From contig NC_042997.1 of NCBI RefSeq assembly GCF_006345805.1, forward strand, positions 193,812,001 through 193,876,000: a DNA stretch of 64,000 bases. The letters are read 5' to 3'. Of this stretch, positions 50,876-63,500 are shown one piece after another; the first letter of the stretch is position 1; each line of letters opens with the position of its first letter. The notes under the pieces are model-generated. The model was not told the origin of the DNA. It did not search any database and saw only the letters and a program-made list of their open reading frames with translations. Source of the DNA: Octopus sinensis (taxonomy: Eukaryota). Position numbers and translations under genes: made by a program.

Positions 50876-51507
50876 GTACTTCCATCCATTACCTTGCGAG
50901 TGAATTCAGTACAAGTGGAAACTGCTAAAATCTGTCATGTATATACAGGGCTGGCCAAAAGTCACCCGACAGTAAATCAAAATTCCATAAATACTATCTG
51001 CAACTCTATATTGACTATATATTAACCGTTAAGTTAGGGGGACGTAAGCACACCAGCATCGGTTGTCAAGCGATGTTGGACTCACTTGTTGAAGTCGACA
51101 TATGAGTGTTCAGCTTCTTGCCGAACGACCTTCACAGATGATTCGTTTATAGAGGTTTTGCCGAAACGCTAAGTTACGGGGACGTAAACACACCAGCATC
51201 GGTTGTCAAGCGATGTTGGAGGGACAAACACAGACACACAAACATATATACACACTCATATATATATATACATATATACGACGGGCTTCTTTCAGTTTCC
51301 GTCTACCAAATCCACTTACAAGGCTTTGATCGGCTCGAGGCTATAGTAGAAGACACTTGCCCAATGCGCCACGCAGTGGGACTGAACCCAGAACCATGTG
51401 GTTGGTAAGCAAGCTACTTACCACACAGCCACTCCTGCGCCTATATATATATACTTATTCAAAATTTGTAAACATAATTGTTATATATTTTTTCTATTGA
51501 TTAACAG

Positions 51508-51710
51508 GAGATTTCAAATACTGGAAAACAACGAAAGTAACACACTCTGGGTCTGAAACAGACATGGTAGAGGATTTACCAAAAATATAGAAATGTCATC
51601 TTACATCGTACTCTCATATGCTAAAAGAAAAGAAATCGAAAAAGGGACTTCCGATTACGAGGGGGTCATTCTCTCGGCATTCGTCCCATGGTGATTATCA
51701 TTTAAATCAG
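51508..51710 (+). pseudogene. TEP/CD109-family exon (end of thioester domain) with two compensating 1-nt indels
   Basis: ttaacag|..|gtaagc. The repaired reading is GDFKYWKTTKVTHSGSETDMVEDLPK/NIEMSSYIVLSYAKRKEIEK/GLPITRGSFSRHSSHGDYHLNQ, which aligns without gaps to the remembered CD109 pattern DIEVAAYALLS..EGIPIMRWLSRQRNSLGGFASTQ. Confidence 0.75.
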
Positions 51711-52354
51711 GTAAGCATGTATATACAATATGTTGGACTCACCTGTTGAAGTCGATGTATGAGCGTTCAGTGTTTTGCCGAACGTCATGCACAGATGAAT
51801 TGTTAATAGAGGTCAAATGTTTGTGTCACATATTAGCTCACTCCCGCCACCGCATTGACGTATCCTGAACAGATGCACGGGGTACCACGCGTCGGGTGTC
51901 AAAATGATCGAAGAGCAACAAAAGATAAAGTGTTCTACTCAAGAACACAACGCACAGCCCAGTCTAGGAATTGAAACCACGATCTCGCGATCGTGACTGC
52001 GACAACCATAGGCCATATCTCTCTTTTACTCTTTTACTTGTTTCAGTCATTTGACTGCGGCCATGCTGGAGCACCGCCTTTAGTCGAGCAAATCGATCCC
52101 AGGACTTATTCTTTGTAAGCCTAGTACTTATTCTATCGGTCTCTTTTGCCGAACCGCTAAGCTACGGTGACAAACACACCAGCATCGATTGTCAAGCAAT
52201 GTTGGGGGACAAACACAAACATACACACACACACACACACACACACGCATATATATATATATATATATATAGCAAAAACTGTCCGACGAACGGCAACGGG
52301 AAACTCAGAGTAACAGGTTTTGTTGAATTTTCTGCTGCTTTGAATAAAGTATAT

Positions 52355-52392
<38 letters not shown>

Positions 52393-52553
52393 CGACGGGC
52401 TTCTTTCAGTTTCCGTCTACCAAATCCACTCACAAGGCTTTGGTCAGCCCGAGGCTATAGTAGAAGACACTTGCCCAAGGTGCCACGCAGTGGAAATGAA
52501 CCCGGAAAAATGTGGTTTGTAAGCAAGCTACTTACCACACAGCCGCTCCTGCG

Positions 52554-52600
<47 letters not shown>

Positions 52601-52806
52601 AGGTATGTACATATATGTATGTATATATGCATATATTTATATATCATTTGTATTATTATAAATTATATACTTCGTGAGTAGAACAGTTTGTTTCCTTTCT
52701 GAGAATCGCAGAAATAAAACTGTTAAGAAACAAAAATATTGCATGATTTAATGGATGCACAGGTCTATAAAATTCATACGAGTTCTGTAATTCTATATTT
52801 TTTAAG

Positions 52807-52965
52807 GACAAAATCATTACTCTTGAAATTCATTCTGGGTTTGCAACTTTGATTTACGGCTGTTGTGACCAATGCAAAACATTAGAAGTTATTGACAACC
52901 CTTGCTACAGTTACAAATTCCCATTTATGACCTTCGAAACCAGCACAATCCTCTACAAACATTTG
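52807..52965 (+). pseudogene. TEP/CD109-family exon following STQ (phase 0-0, 53 codons, open)
   Basis: tttttaag|GAC..TTG|gtaaga. DKIITLEIHSGFATLIYG..SYKFPFMTFETSTILYKHL resembles DTTVALKALSEFAALM..LLLQTAEL, and the phase matches the preceding exon. Confidence 0.7.
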
Positions 52966-53153
52966 GTAAGACACCATCTAAACTTGTTTACTGTTTATAA
53001 ATGCAGTTATTATGATCGTTTCTTATTCATCATAACCATCGTCTTTCTCACGACGTCGATCGTTTATTTCTTTTTCCTGCCATTGTCTATCTCATATTCC
53101 TTTTCTCCTTCGATATTCCTATTAATTCAAATGCTTCGTGTTTTCTCTTCACA

Positions 53154-53225
53154 GATTGAACGTTCGGTTGAAACACGAGAACAATGGCTGTTCTTCTCTA
53201 ACGTCTGAATCGTATTCCTATTTGA
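53154..53225 (+). pseudogene. Possible next TEP exon (frameshifted; 3' boundary uncertain)
   Basis: Strong acceptor ttttctcttcacag. A shifted frame reads LNVRLKHENNGCSSLTSESYSY, reminiscent of TEP ..GNGCAL.Q..YN. Confidence 0.35.
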
Positions 53226-53475
53226 AATCAAATTGTTTATTAAATTTAAGAAAAATATAATAAAATAAATTTTACATAATTTTATTCTTGTTCTCATTCT
53301 TTTTTCTTTTTAATTCTTGCTATGAGTATTTATTTGCGATTTGATATTAGTTGTGTGGGTTTAAAACGTTTCTTAAGTGGTTTATTAAGCTAGAGATCTT
53401 TACACAAGCTCGTCCAATGTGTTGTGCTGTCATCATTGGAGATATTTCCTTTTTCAAGTAGAGCAGAAACTGTAA

Positions 53476-53504
53476 AGTCCTCCGCTCTACCAACTGAGCT
53501 ATCG
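53476..53504 (-). other. 29-nt fragment of a tRNA-Tyr-like 5' half (not a tRNA gene)
   Basis: Minus strand CGATAGCTCAGTTGGTAGAGCGGAGGACT matches the remembered eukaryotic tRNA-Tyr D-arm to anticodon stem. There is no anticodon loop, T-arm or acceptor 3' strand. Confidence 0.6.
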
Positions 53505-53734
53505 CAGATGAAGTGTGAAGGCACCTAGCCTTGTGATTAGGGTGTCGTGCTCACGATCGTAAGATCATTGTTTTGTTTCCAGGATTGAGCAGTGCATTGG
53601 GTTTCTGAGAAAAACTCCTGATTTCATGTTGCGTCAGTTCATTCAGCTATAAATAAGTTCGTAGAGAAAACTGTAAAGTCTGACATGTTGTAATAGCCTC
53701 TAATACTTGTATCAGATTAATCAAATGTAGCTGA

Positions 53735-53990
53735 ACTCTTCTTAGCTTCAGCTTTTCACTCCCCATGGAGCATAGGCCGTCGGCGATTTTCTCCACTGTC
53801 CATGACTTTGGGCTATCTTTTCTGCTTCTCCTCAGCTGGATCCATAATTTTCCTTGCAGATTCCTTTTGGATTTCACTGCACTGTGTCATGTTTCCCCCC
53901 GTGGGAAGGCTTCCCTCTTTCAGGTTTTGTTGGTTTTGAATTGTGATCAATGCTTCTGCAATTTTGCTTTTTTTTCTGGATAGTGGATAG
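53735..53990 (-). mobile_element. RTE-like LINE, 3' fragment
   Basis: ..KREAFPRGET*HSAVKSKRNLQGKLWIQLRR..SWTVEKIADGLCSMGSEKLK resembles the RTE C-terminus (GRP..TW....W..L...DR..W....GLCS). Confidence 0.55.
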
Positions 53991-54345
53991 TGGTTTTGGT
54001 CCTTCGCAAAACGCATTTTTACCTCTAAGAAGAGCTAGTCCAGTTCAAAGAAGAGAAGCCAGACTAATGCCTGTCCTATATTCTTTGACCTAGGGGGATA
54101 TACTCCACTGGTATAGATCTCAGGGCCATTGAGGCACCAGTCCGGTCACCAGACCACAAGAACTGGACCTTGTGCTGGAAATTTAGTTGAACACACTATG
54201 TCAATTCCTTCCCATGTGTTACCATTGGTCATCTGAGCAGACAAAGATCCACTACAACCACCACCAACACTACTATCTATAACAATATAAACCAAAGGGG
54301 GAGTCTTTACATGGTGACTCACCTTGCTAGAAATAGCAACCATAT

Positions 54346-54750
54346 TAAGGCGGCGAGCTGGCAGAAACGTTAGCACGCCAGGCGAAAATGCTTAGCGGTA
54401 TTTCGTCTGTCTTCATTTTCGCCGTGGTCGACTTTGCTTTTCATCCTTTCCGGGTGGATAAATTAAGTACCAGTTACACACTGGGATCGATATAATCGAC
54501 TTAATCCGTTTGTCTGTCCTTGTTTGTCCCCTCCGTGTTTAGACCCTTGTGGGTAGTAAAGAAATAGATATTTCGTCTGTCTTCACCTTCTGAGTTCAAA
54601 TTCCGCCGAGGTCGACTTTGCTTTTCATTCTTTCGGATCGATAAATTAAGTACCAGTTACTCACTGGGATCGATGTAATCGACTTAATCCATTTGTCTGT
54701 CCTTGTTTGTCCCCCTCTATGTTTTGCCCCTTGTGGGCAATAAAGAAATA
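54346..54750 (+). mobile_element. SINE family A dimer (other multimers at 18500-18770, 48580-48933, 49500-50050)
   Basis: Same family sequence. Confidence 0.85.
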
Positions 54751-55884
54751 AGAAATAGAAACCAAATCTCCTCCAATTACACTGAACAGTCTATAAAAAT
54801 GGAAATATTGGACAATGTAGCTACAGGTATACAAAAAGGCAGGGTGGTCGCAGCTGTAACATATTTAATCATAAGTCTGCTTAATCAAGGCTAATCTTCA
54901 GTCATCAACAACAACAACAACAAAAATTTTAAACAGCGCACTTCGTATCATCACACATAGGCTTATAGACGATACCCTTAACAAGACGGGGACAGGGCTT
55001 ATCTCAAGCGCAGTCATGGCTACTTGAATCCCTACATACATCACCCTTCGGTCTTCTTGTTCATGGTCGCTCGAAAAGACCCAACGCAAACAGTTTTTGC
55101 TATTTCACTTCACTGTGACATTTTAAGTCTGATGCATGGATAAATTATTTATGATTTCACCAGGAAGTTTATAAATTGACACCATCGTCTTCACTCTTTG
55201 ACAGAGTCAACTGAGGGCCAGAATCTTAATGTACAGCCACGTGACTGCAAGTTGCCAACTAATAAAAATACTGCATTATTTCTTCGTTTATCAGCACAAC
55301 TAATTCATAAATACTATTTAATACGTCGGATTAACGCCATACTATGTATAGAAATAACCCAAAGGTTATATGATTCTATTGGGTTGTCCGGAAAGTTCGT
55401 GCCGATGTTTAAAGGAAAGAATAAGGTCAATAAATACTTGCCATTACATTTTTAATCAACCAAATATGAACCATTTTGTGGCACAATACGTCTCTATTTT
55501 TCCTTTAACTTGAAAATACCCTCTTCCCAAAATACTATGAATTTATTTGTATCTTAGTTGATTGACAAAGATACAAATATATTCATGAGGGAGGAGTAGC
55601 TGACTTGTTAAATTATACGATATGAGCTCTGAGTAGTTAACGAATGTTTGGGCAGTGCTAAGTTCAAAACAGTCTGATACTGTTGCTGGCGAGGGTTCGA
55701 ATTTTGTTATTACTATAGGAAGAGATGGTCAAGTGGATATTATACTGGAATAGCAGATTGGTGGGGTTGGGATCATATCCATTGAGTTGTGCTCGTTATC
55801 TGTTTCCAAATCTAATAATACACTTAGAACGTCGGAATAGCACCATACTATGTATAGAAATAACCTAAAGGTTATATGATTCTA

Positions 55885-56450
55885 TTGGGTTGTCCGGAAA
55901 GTTCGTGCCGATGTTTAAAGGAAAGAATAAGGTCAATAAATACTTGCCATTACTTTTTTAATCAACCAAATATGAACCATTTTGTTGCACAATGCGTCTC
56001 CATCTTTCCTTTAACTTGAAAATACCCTCTTCCCAGAATTGAGGTGGTTTCATGGCAAAGAATTCATCAAGGTATCATTTTACGTCATCCAAGGAATTGA
56101 AATTTTTACTATTAAGACTATTCTGCAGAGACCTGAATAAGTGGAAATCCAAAGGAGCAATATCTGGTGAATATGGAGGGTGGGGTAACATATCCCAGCC
56201 AAGCTGCAGCAATTTTTGCCTGGTTCCCAAAGCATCAAGTGCCGAAAATGAACTTTCTTATCTTCCATTTTAAAGGGTTACAAAATTAACACAGGTTATA
56301 GGAACATAAACCTTCTTCAACGAAAATATAGCTTAAACTGTGCTCTAAATGGAAATCTAGTCAAATCCTATTTTATGGACTCAACCATGTTCTAAAATAA
56401 GTCGAAATATAAGCTACTATAAATCGGCACGAACTTTCCGGACAACCCAG
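55885..56450 (-). mobile_element. Internally deleted mariner element (566 bp) with both TIRs and TA TSD
   Basis: TIR TTGGGTTGTCCGGAAAGTTCGTGCCGAT. The minus strand encodes the N-terminus MEDKKVHFRHLMLWE and the C-terminus KPPQFWEEGIFKLKERWRRIVQQNGSYLVD*. Confidence 0.9.
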
Positions 56451-57652
56451 TACTTATTCTTGAGTAGTGGGTTCAGCACTGTTGCACACTCTGTGTCAAC
56501 AAACACTATACAGATGGCAAAATATTGCGGCTACTGACTTCTTACATTACTTGTGTTTGTTTTATTGATGGCTACCGATGAAGTGTGAAAGCGCCTAGCC
56601 TTGTGATTAGGGTGTCGTGCTCACGATTGTAAGATCATTGTTTTGTTTCCAGGATTGAGCAGTGCATTGGGTTTTGAGCAAAACTCCTGATTTCATGTTG
56701 TGTCAGTTCATTCAGGTGTAAATAAGTTCCTGGAGAAACTGGGAAGTTAAACCTGTGATGGACTGGCATCCCGTTCAGAGTGGAGGAGTATGGTGTTGTA
56801 ATCTCCGTCACTTATACTCCATGGAAACCGGATTAAGGTCCGACCTCCTGAGTTCTAGGGTCCAAGACAAATCTAGCCAAGCAGATAAAGTCGATCGGTT
56901 AGGATTCGAACCCCGAATGCGAAGTGATAAAACAACTCATTGCAAAGCATTTAATCCATTAATCCATTCAATCGACTTAAAAAAAATATTGATTTCAAAT
57001 TTTGGCACAAGGACTTAAATTTTGAGGTAGTGGATAAGTCGATTACATCCCCTCAAGTGCTCAACTTTTATTCACTCTGAAAGGATAAAACGCAAAGTCA
57101 ACCTCAACAGACAGGAAGTATTACAAACACGTAAAAGTAATGATTTGCTTGGTTTATTCATTTTACTAATTTGTGAGCAGTGGGACGCGTATGTAAGGAT
57201 GCATCCTTACATACGTATTTCAAAGCAATAACGATTTAAATGCAGAGTCGTATGTAAATATATAAACCGTTTATTTCGTTGTAATGAAGAAAATTATGAT
57301 TAAAAATTGATGAAATTCCCACCAGATTTATGTATTTCAATCTTAACTGAATCTTTTCTGTGTGGTGTTGAATTTTGGGTCGGTTTATAGAATCAAAATA
57401 GGTACAATTCTTATTCAAATCGAAGAGAGGTAATTGATGAGTATACTTGCTTTTCTTTTTCAAATCAGAAAGTGTCAGAGAGAGAGAGAGGTGGGGAGAC
57501 AAAAAGAGGGATAGACAGACAGACAGATAGATAGACAGAGACAGGGAGACAGAGAGATAGAGAGACAGAGAAATAGAGAATCGAAGCGAGAAACGCAGAA
57601 AGAGACGAAGAAAGAGGAGAGACCGAGAGCAGTAGGGAGAGAGGCAGATATA

Positions 57653-58769
57653 TCTCTCTCTATATAAACGGCAGTTTGTCTATCTGTGTGTCTGTGTGTC
57701 TGTCATGTTGTACCCTCACCTTGACCACGGTTTTCAACCGATTCTGATGAAACTTGACACACACATAGCCCAATGTCATAATTCAAAACTAACGCAGCGA
57801 AAATTTTGAAAAGTTCTCCCAGTTCTGAAAAAAAAACGATAAATTCGACATGGGGTCGAGAATCTAAGCTTTTTATATGCAACACATTTTCTGTTGTAGT
57901 TTTCGCAACTTGCAATCGATTTTCACCAAACTCATGGTGAAGCTTAATGTTACCCTAAAAAACTTAATTCTGACGTTAGTTTTCCATGAAATACCTTACC
58001 ATCAGAAAAAATCGATAAAATCATGCCATTTTGGGAAATCGCGTTCAAATTCAAGATGACATATTTTCGACAATATCTTTCACAAATTGGCAGGAATTAT
58101 TTTTTAAATTCACAGCGAGCATCATGTCTGCTCCAAGGAGCTATATGGCCCTTTTTATTTCAATAGGATACTTTATTACTGGAAAAAATCGGTTAATTAA
58201 ATCATATGTGGCACACATAGCAAACCGATTTGTGTATTAAACACAAACCACAGACTGCCTAGGGGACGCAACTCGACATAAACAGTGCAACGGCACACGT
58301 CTGGTTGTGAAATATTTGCCACCACATTTAATAACGGCCACAATACTTACCGATTGTGGGAAGGAAGAGGACGACTTCATTCCATGCATGCACCTTCAAC
58401 CGTCGGGCGTTGACCTACCAATCCCCTTCAGGCGTTCTCAGTTTCCTGTTAAACTCTGCTTCGCAATGTCCATCAATAAATCCCAAGGCCAAACGCTACA
58501 AGTCGCTGGGTTACATTTGGGCGAACAGTGCTTCGCTCACGGTCAACTCTACGTGGGCTGTTCACGCGTTGGGAGGCGCAATGATGTTTTCATGTTTTCG
58601 CCCAAAGGGACAGCTAGGAACATCGTATACACAGAAGTATTCGAGTGAAGAGAAGACATTGCAACCTACACATGCGCCTTCGTTCCCAAGAGGGAAAGGA
58701 CTAGATTGGGATTAGTCGTCGCCTACTAGGGGCTCTTACATACCCGGGCAACGCCGGCTCTGCTGCTAG
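57653..58769 (+). mobile_element. Deleted Helitron retaining the PIF1-helicase C-terminus
   Basis: A|TC start; 3' hairpin CCCGGGCAACGCCGG and CTAG|T. ORF 58307-58648 reads FRRSQFPVKLCFAMSINKSQGQTL..GLHL...CFAHGQLYVGCSRV..TARNIVYTEV. Confidence 0.9.
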
Positions 58770-58774
58770 TATAT

Positions 58775-58821
<47 letters not shown>

Positions 58822-59012
58822 TATATATATATATATAATATATGCAGGTCCCGGGTTGAGTCGGGGTAAACCACAGTAAATAAGGTACTCAATACATAGC
58901 AGAGTAAAGTAATTTATTTTATAGAAGGAGCTTCTACAGGACTAGAACTGTTTCCTGAAGATTTCATCTGAATGAAACAGTTCTAGTCCTGTAGAAGCTC
59001 CTTCTATAAATA

Positions 59013-59056
<44 letters not shown>

Positions 59057-60279
59057 TATATATATGATGAATGAGGGAGACAGTGTGAGACAGTGACAGA
59101 CTGACAGAGAATTCGAAGGTGCTGAACGGGATGACAAACAAGCTAGTAGTTTTTACAAAATCTTTCTGAGAATGTAATGATTGTTGTGTGTTTCCTCATA
59201 TATCAGGAGCAGACGATTTATCAACCATAAATAATCGTCTGGACAATTTTTTTTTTTTTTTTTTTTTTATCTGAGAAATCAGATGAACTCATATCGCGGC
59301 AGGAGACATAAAGAAGAGCAGCACCATCGAACTCGCTACTTCACCAGAACTAATACGTAAAAAAAAACCAAACACTCCGAAAGGCATTGCTCCAGCATGA
59401 CCTCAGTTTCTGGCTGAAACCAATAAAACAAGAACATAAAACAATCCACCAATGCTTATTTTGCCTGAAATTTGCATGAAATTTGAACCCCAAATCAAGA
59501 GACACATTTTTAAAAACGAAATCAGTTTAGTCCAGCGCCCTGTCTCACACACATATGCCCAATGTTTTGAGCGAATGAAATTAATGAGTAGATATCAAGT
59601 TTTTCACCTTTCTGAATTCTTGTAACACAGGTGCAGTCTTATGGCCGGTTATGAAGCTTGGGTAACAATCGCGAGGTCCAAGGTTCGATCCAACTGTGTA
59701 GCATCTTGGGTATTTATATTCGACCATAGCTTCTGATTGACCCTAGTCTTGAGTGGAAATGAAGGGGAAACTGTGTAAAAGCCCAGCGGATGAACTGTAG
59801 CCGTCATTCAAAGGGCCACAGACGGAAGATCCCTTTGCTCTACTTCTTTTCTTCCTGTAATTATTTTCATTCAAAATAAATTTAAAGTAAATCAACGATT
59901 ATCAGCTTAAGTCGATAATACACACACGAGTTAACGGAATGGTTGCTGTGTGGTGAGAAGCTTGCTTCTCAACCGCATGGGTCTGGGTTCAGTCCCACTA
60001 CGTGGCAACTTAGGCATGCGTCTTCTACTATAGTCTCGGGCCGACCAAAGCCTTGTGAGTGAATATGGTAGACGGAAATTGAAAGAAACCTGTCGTATAT
60101 ATCTCTCCCCCTCTCCCTCTTTCCTCCTTCATCCCCCTCATCCCCTTCCTTCTCCCCCATCCTCTCCTCTCCCCCTTTTCCTCCCCCTCTTCTCCCCCTC
60201 CCCCTCTTCTCCTCACTACACCACATGACTTTACACATCACATCACATATGATGTGCCATACTAATACCACACCAACTA

Positions 60280-60592
60280 ATACATACTAATACGTACTAA
60301 TACATACTAGTACATACTAATACTTACACCAACCCTATACATACACGTCCAGACCCCGCATACGCACTTATACTCTCTCACACACACACACACACACCTA
60401 TACATACCAATACGTACTAATACATACTAATACATACTAATACATACACCAACCCCATACATACGCACGTCCAGACCAATCTTACGCACTATACTCTCTC
60501 CACACACACACACACACACACACACCCTTATACATACTAATACATACACCAACCCTATACATACACACATCCAGACCCCTCCCACGCACTTT
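60280..60592. repeat. Three ~105-bp tandem units (TACTAATACATACACCAACCC..CCAGACC..ACGCACT)
   Basis: Units near 60316, 60425 and 60533. Confidence 0.75.
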
Positions 60593-60594
60593 TA

Positions 60595-63500
60595 GCTGGT
60601 CCCTCAACCATTTATCAACCCTATTATCTCCCCTTATTTCGCTCTCGCGTCTCATGTTTGATCTTTGACCTCTGGCCGAAATCAGATCGCCATGTTGATT
60701 CGTTAGCTACTGCACGCATTTTTTTTCTCTCCTTCTTTCTGTGTTTTTCTCTCTCTGTGTATCTTTCTGTTGAAGAGCGTAGGCTCGAAACGTTAAAGAC
60801 TTGTTTTATTTATATTTCCTGAGCGCCATACTAATACAATTGTTCGTTTGTTTTCCACCTGCCTTCGTCTTTTGTTTATTTTCATAAAGCTTCCCGTTAT
60901 ATATTATGCGCTCACGTGGTCTCACTTTCATCCTATATTCTACCAATACCACTATCAACACTTACCTCTACCTTGGATTTTCTTTACCTCTTGGATACTT
61001 ACCATTGGCTGCACCTCTCTTTCGCGGATCAAAGTGACTTTGCATTGATGTGAAATCCTTAAAAAATATACCACGACGTCTACACATTTCTCACCTTGAA
61101 CTTTCAACCTTGAACTTGTTCGCATAAACTGTCCCGTTTGTTGTATTTTTATTTCCTCTTATATTACCACTTTTTTTACATTCATTTCATGCTTCCCACA
61201 TTTTCCTGAATTTTTGTTCTCCTTTCCGTCTTTCTTCCCTCTCTGGATGTCCATACTCCGTTTCCTCTGCCTGCACCCCCCTTTTTTGCCTCCCCCTCTC
61301 TCTGCTTCCCTTCTTTCTTTCCCTTTTCCGTTTGCCCCGTCTTTTCTGCCCCTATCGCTTACTTATCTAGTTTTTTCATACGATTATTATTTTTTTGTTT
61401 TTTTGAACGTTTGTTTTTTCCCCTTTTTTCGCTATCCTTTTTTTCTATTTTTTTTTCATACGATAATTTTTTTTTTTTTTTTTTTTTCGAACGTTTTTTT
61501 TCCGCTATCCCATCATGCCGGATCCTAGGTCCTACCTCCTCACTCTCCATCACCGTTTGAAGGATCATCTACGTTCGCTTCCTGTATATTGCCTTCAGCC
61601 GTCCGTTAATCTCTCTCTACTTCTTTTTTAAAAAACCCGCTTCTCTAGCCATGTCTCTTTCCTAAGCCGCTGCCTACATCACACCGACTCATCCCTAAAG
61701 GTTTCCGCCTCCACTTCCCCCTGCTCTCCACTCGGATTCTTCCATCTTACCATACTCCGCACCACATCTTACCGCCTTATGTCCACCATTCGCTCCAATC
61801 TCTCCAAACTACATGCCATCAACCGCCTTCTTCCTCCTGCTTTCTCCACCTCTTCTCCTCTCTGCCGCCTCTCTATTCCGCCAAACACGCTACGCTTCAT
61901 TATCCATTTGAATCAATTCTTCCATCAATTTCTTTCTGATACAAACTTCGTAAACTCCAATCACTCTTCCATTCCACCCTACCCGACGCCCACTACACCA
62001 ACTCCTCCACCACCCTTCTCCCCTCCCGATAGGCTCCATCCCCACCACCACACCTAACCCCACTGCCCCTCCCTACAACCCTTCTTCCCCTCCCGTTAGG
62101 CTCCATCCACCTACACCTAACCCTACTGCCCCGCCCAACCACCCCCCAACACACCTATCCAATCCCTCCCCCTCAGACCTCCACGAGACCTACCACCCCT
62201 CCTACTTCTATTCCATCCACCCCTTCTCCACTTCCGTCTGTGTGTTACCATTCCCCCCCCGATCTTCCCCTCTCTGCGGCTGAACGCTCCGTCCTGGTAG
62301 GGGTCTGCGTTTCATCATCCCCCTCACTCCATCCTGTAAGGAATTCCAGACGCGAGGTTGATGTCCACAGCTTTGTGCGCCGTGTCCGGTTGGGTGCGCA
62401 TTACCACGACTCGCCACCCACACCCAACGAAGAGGACGACTGCTTCACTGGCCTGGGCCGCCGACCATCCCCGTGGACGCTGCCCCTGGCCAGATCTAGC
62501 ATTGGATCTTTTCGCGGGCGCTTGTCAGCGTGCATTGGAGCGGTTCAACTTCTCCAGGCGCCAACGCCGCCTCAACATCTCCCCGGCTGAGCTCTTGGCT
62601 CTTCGTTCCCTCCAACGGCGCGCTGACATTATCATCAAACCGGCTGCAAGGGTGGAGCTGTAGTGGTGTGGCGCGCGGACCTCTATAGGGCCGAGGCTTT
62701 CCGCCAACTCAATGACACCTCCTTCTATTCCCTCTGCCCTCTAACCCACACGTAGCTACCACAGACGGTATCCTCTACTGTCCAAGACTCATCTCGTCCC
62801 CGTCTCCCCCGCACCGCCCACCTAATTGTGCGAACCCCACGTACCCCCACCATTTACTTCCTCCCCAAAATCCACAAACCCAACAACCCTGGCCGCCCCA
62901 TCGTCTCCGCCTGTAACTGCCCACGGAGCTCATCTCTAAATTACCTCGACCGTGTCCTTGCCCCCCTAGTGGCATCTCTTCCCTCCCACATCCACGATAC
63001 CAACCATGTTCTCCGGCTTTTCAACTCTTCTCCTTTCCTCCCGGCTCCTCCAAAATCCTTTTTACTATGGACATCCAAAGCTCTATACTGTTATCCCTCA
63101 CCACGAAGGATGCAGCCCTTCGACACTTTCTTGACCTCCGCTCTAACCCTGTACCTGACACCCTCACACTCATTCGTCGGCCGAACTTGTCCTTACTCTG
63201 AACTGCTTCTCGTTCGCGGGCGAGTTCTACCATCAGGTCTCGGGAGTGGCCATGGGAACGCGAATGGGCCCCAACTATGCGAACCTGTTCGTTGGCTATG
63301 TTGAGGCCCAAATATTCTCTAATTTCACGGTCCACTCCTGAACTATATGGTCGTTATATTGACGACATTATCGGTGCCACCTCACTCTCCCGCGAACATC
63401 TAGATTCCTTCCTCTCTTCGTCCAATCTTTCCATCCAGCTCTCCACTTCACTTCCCCTATCTCCAACACCTCTGTCTCCTTCTCCTTCGACATTTCGGTT

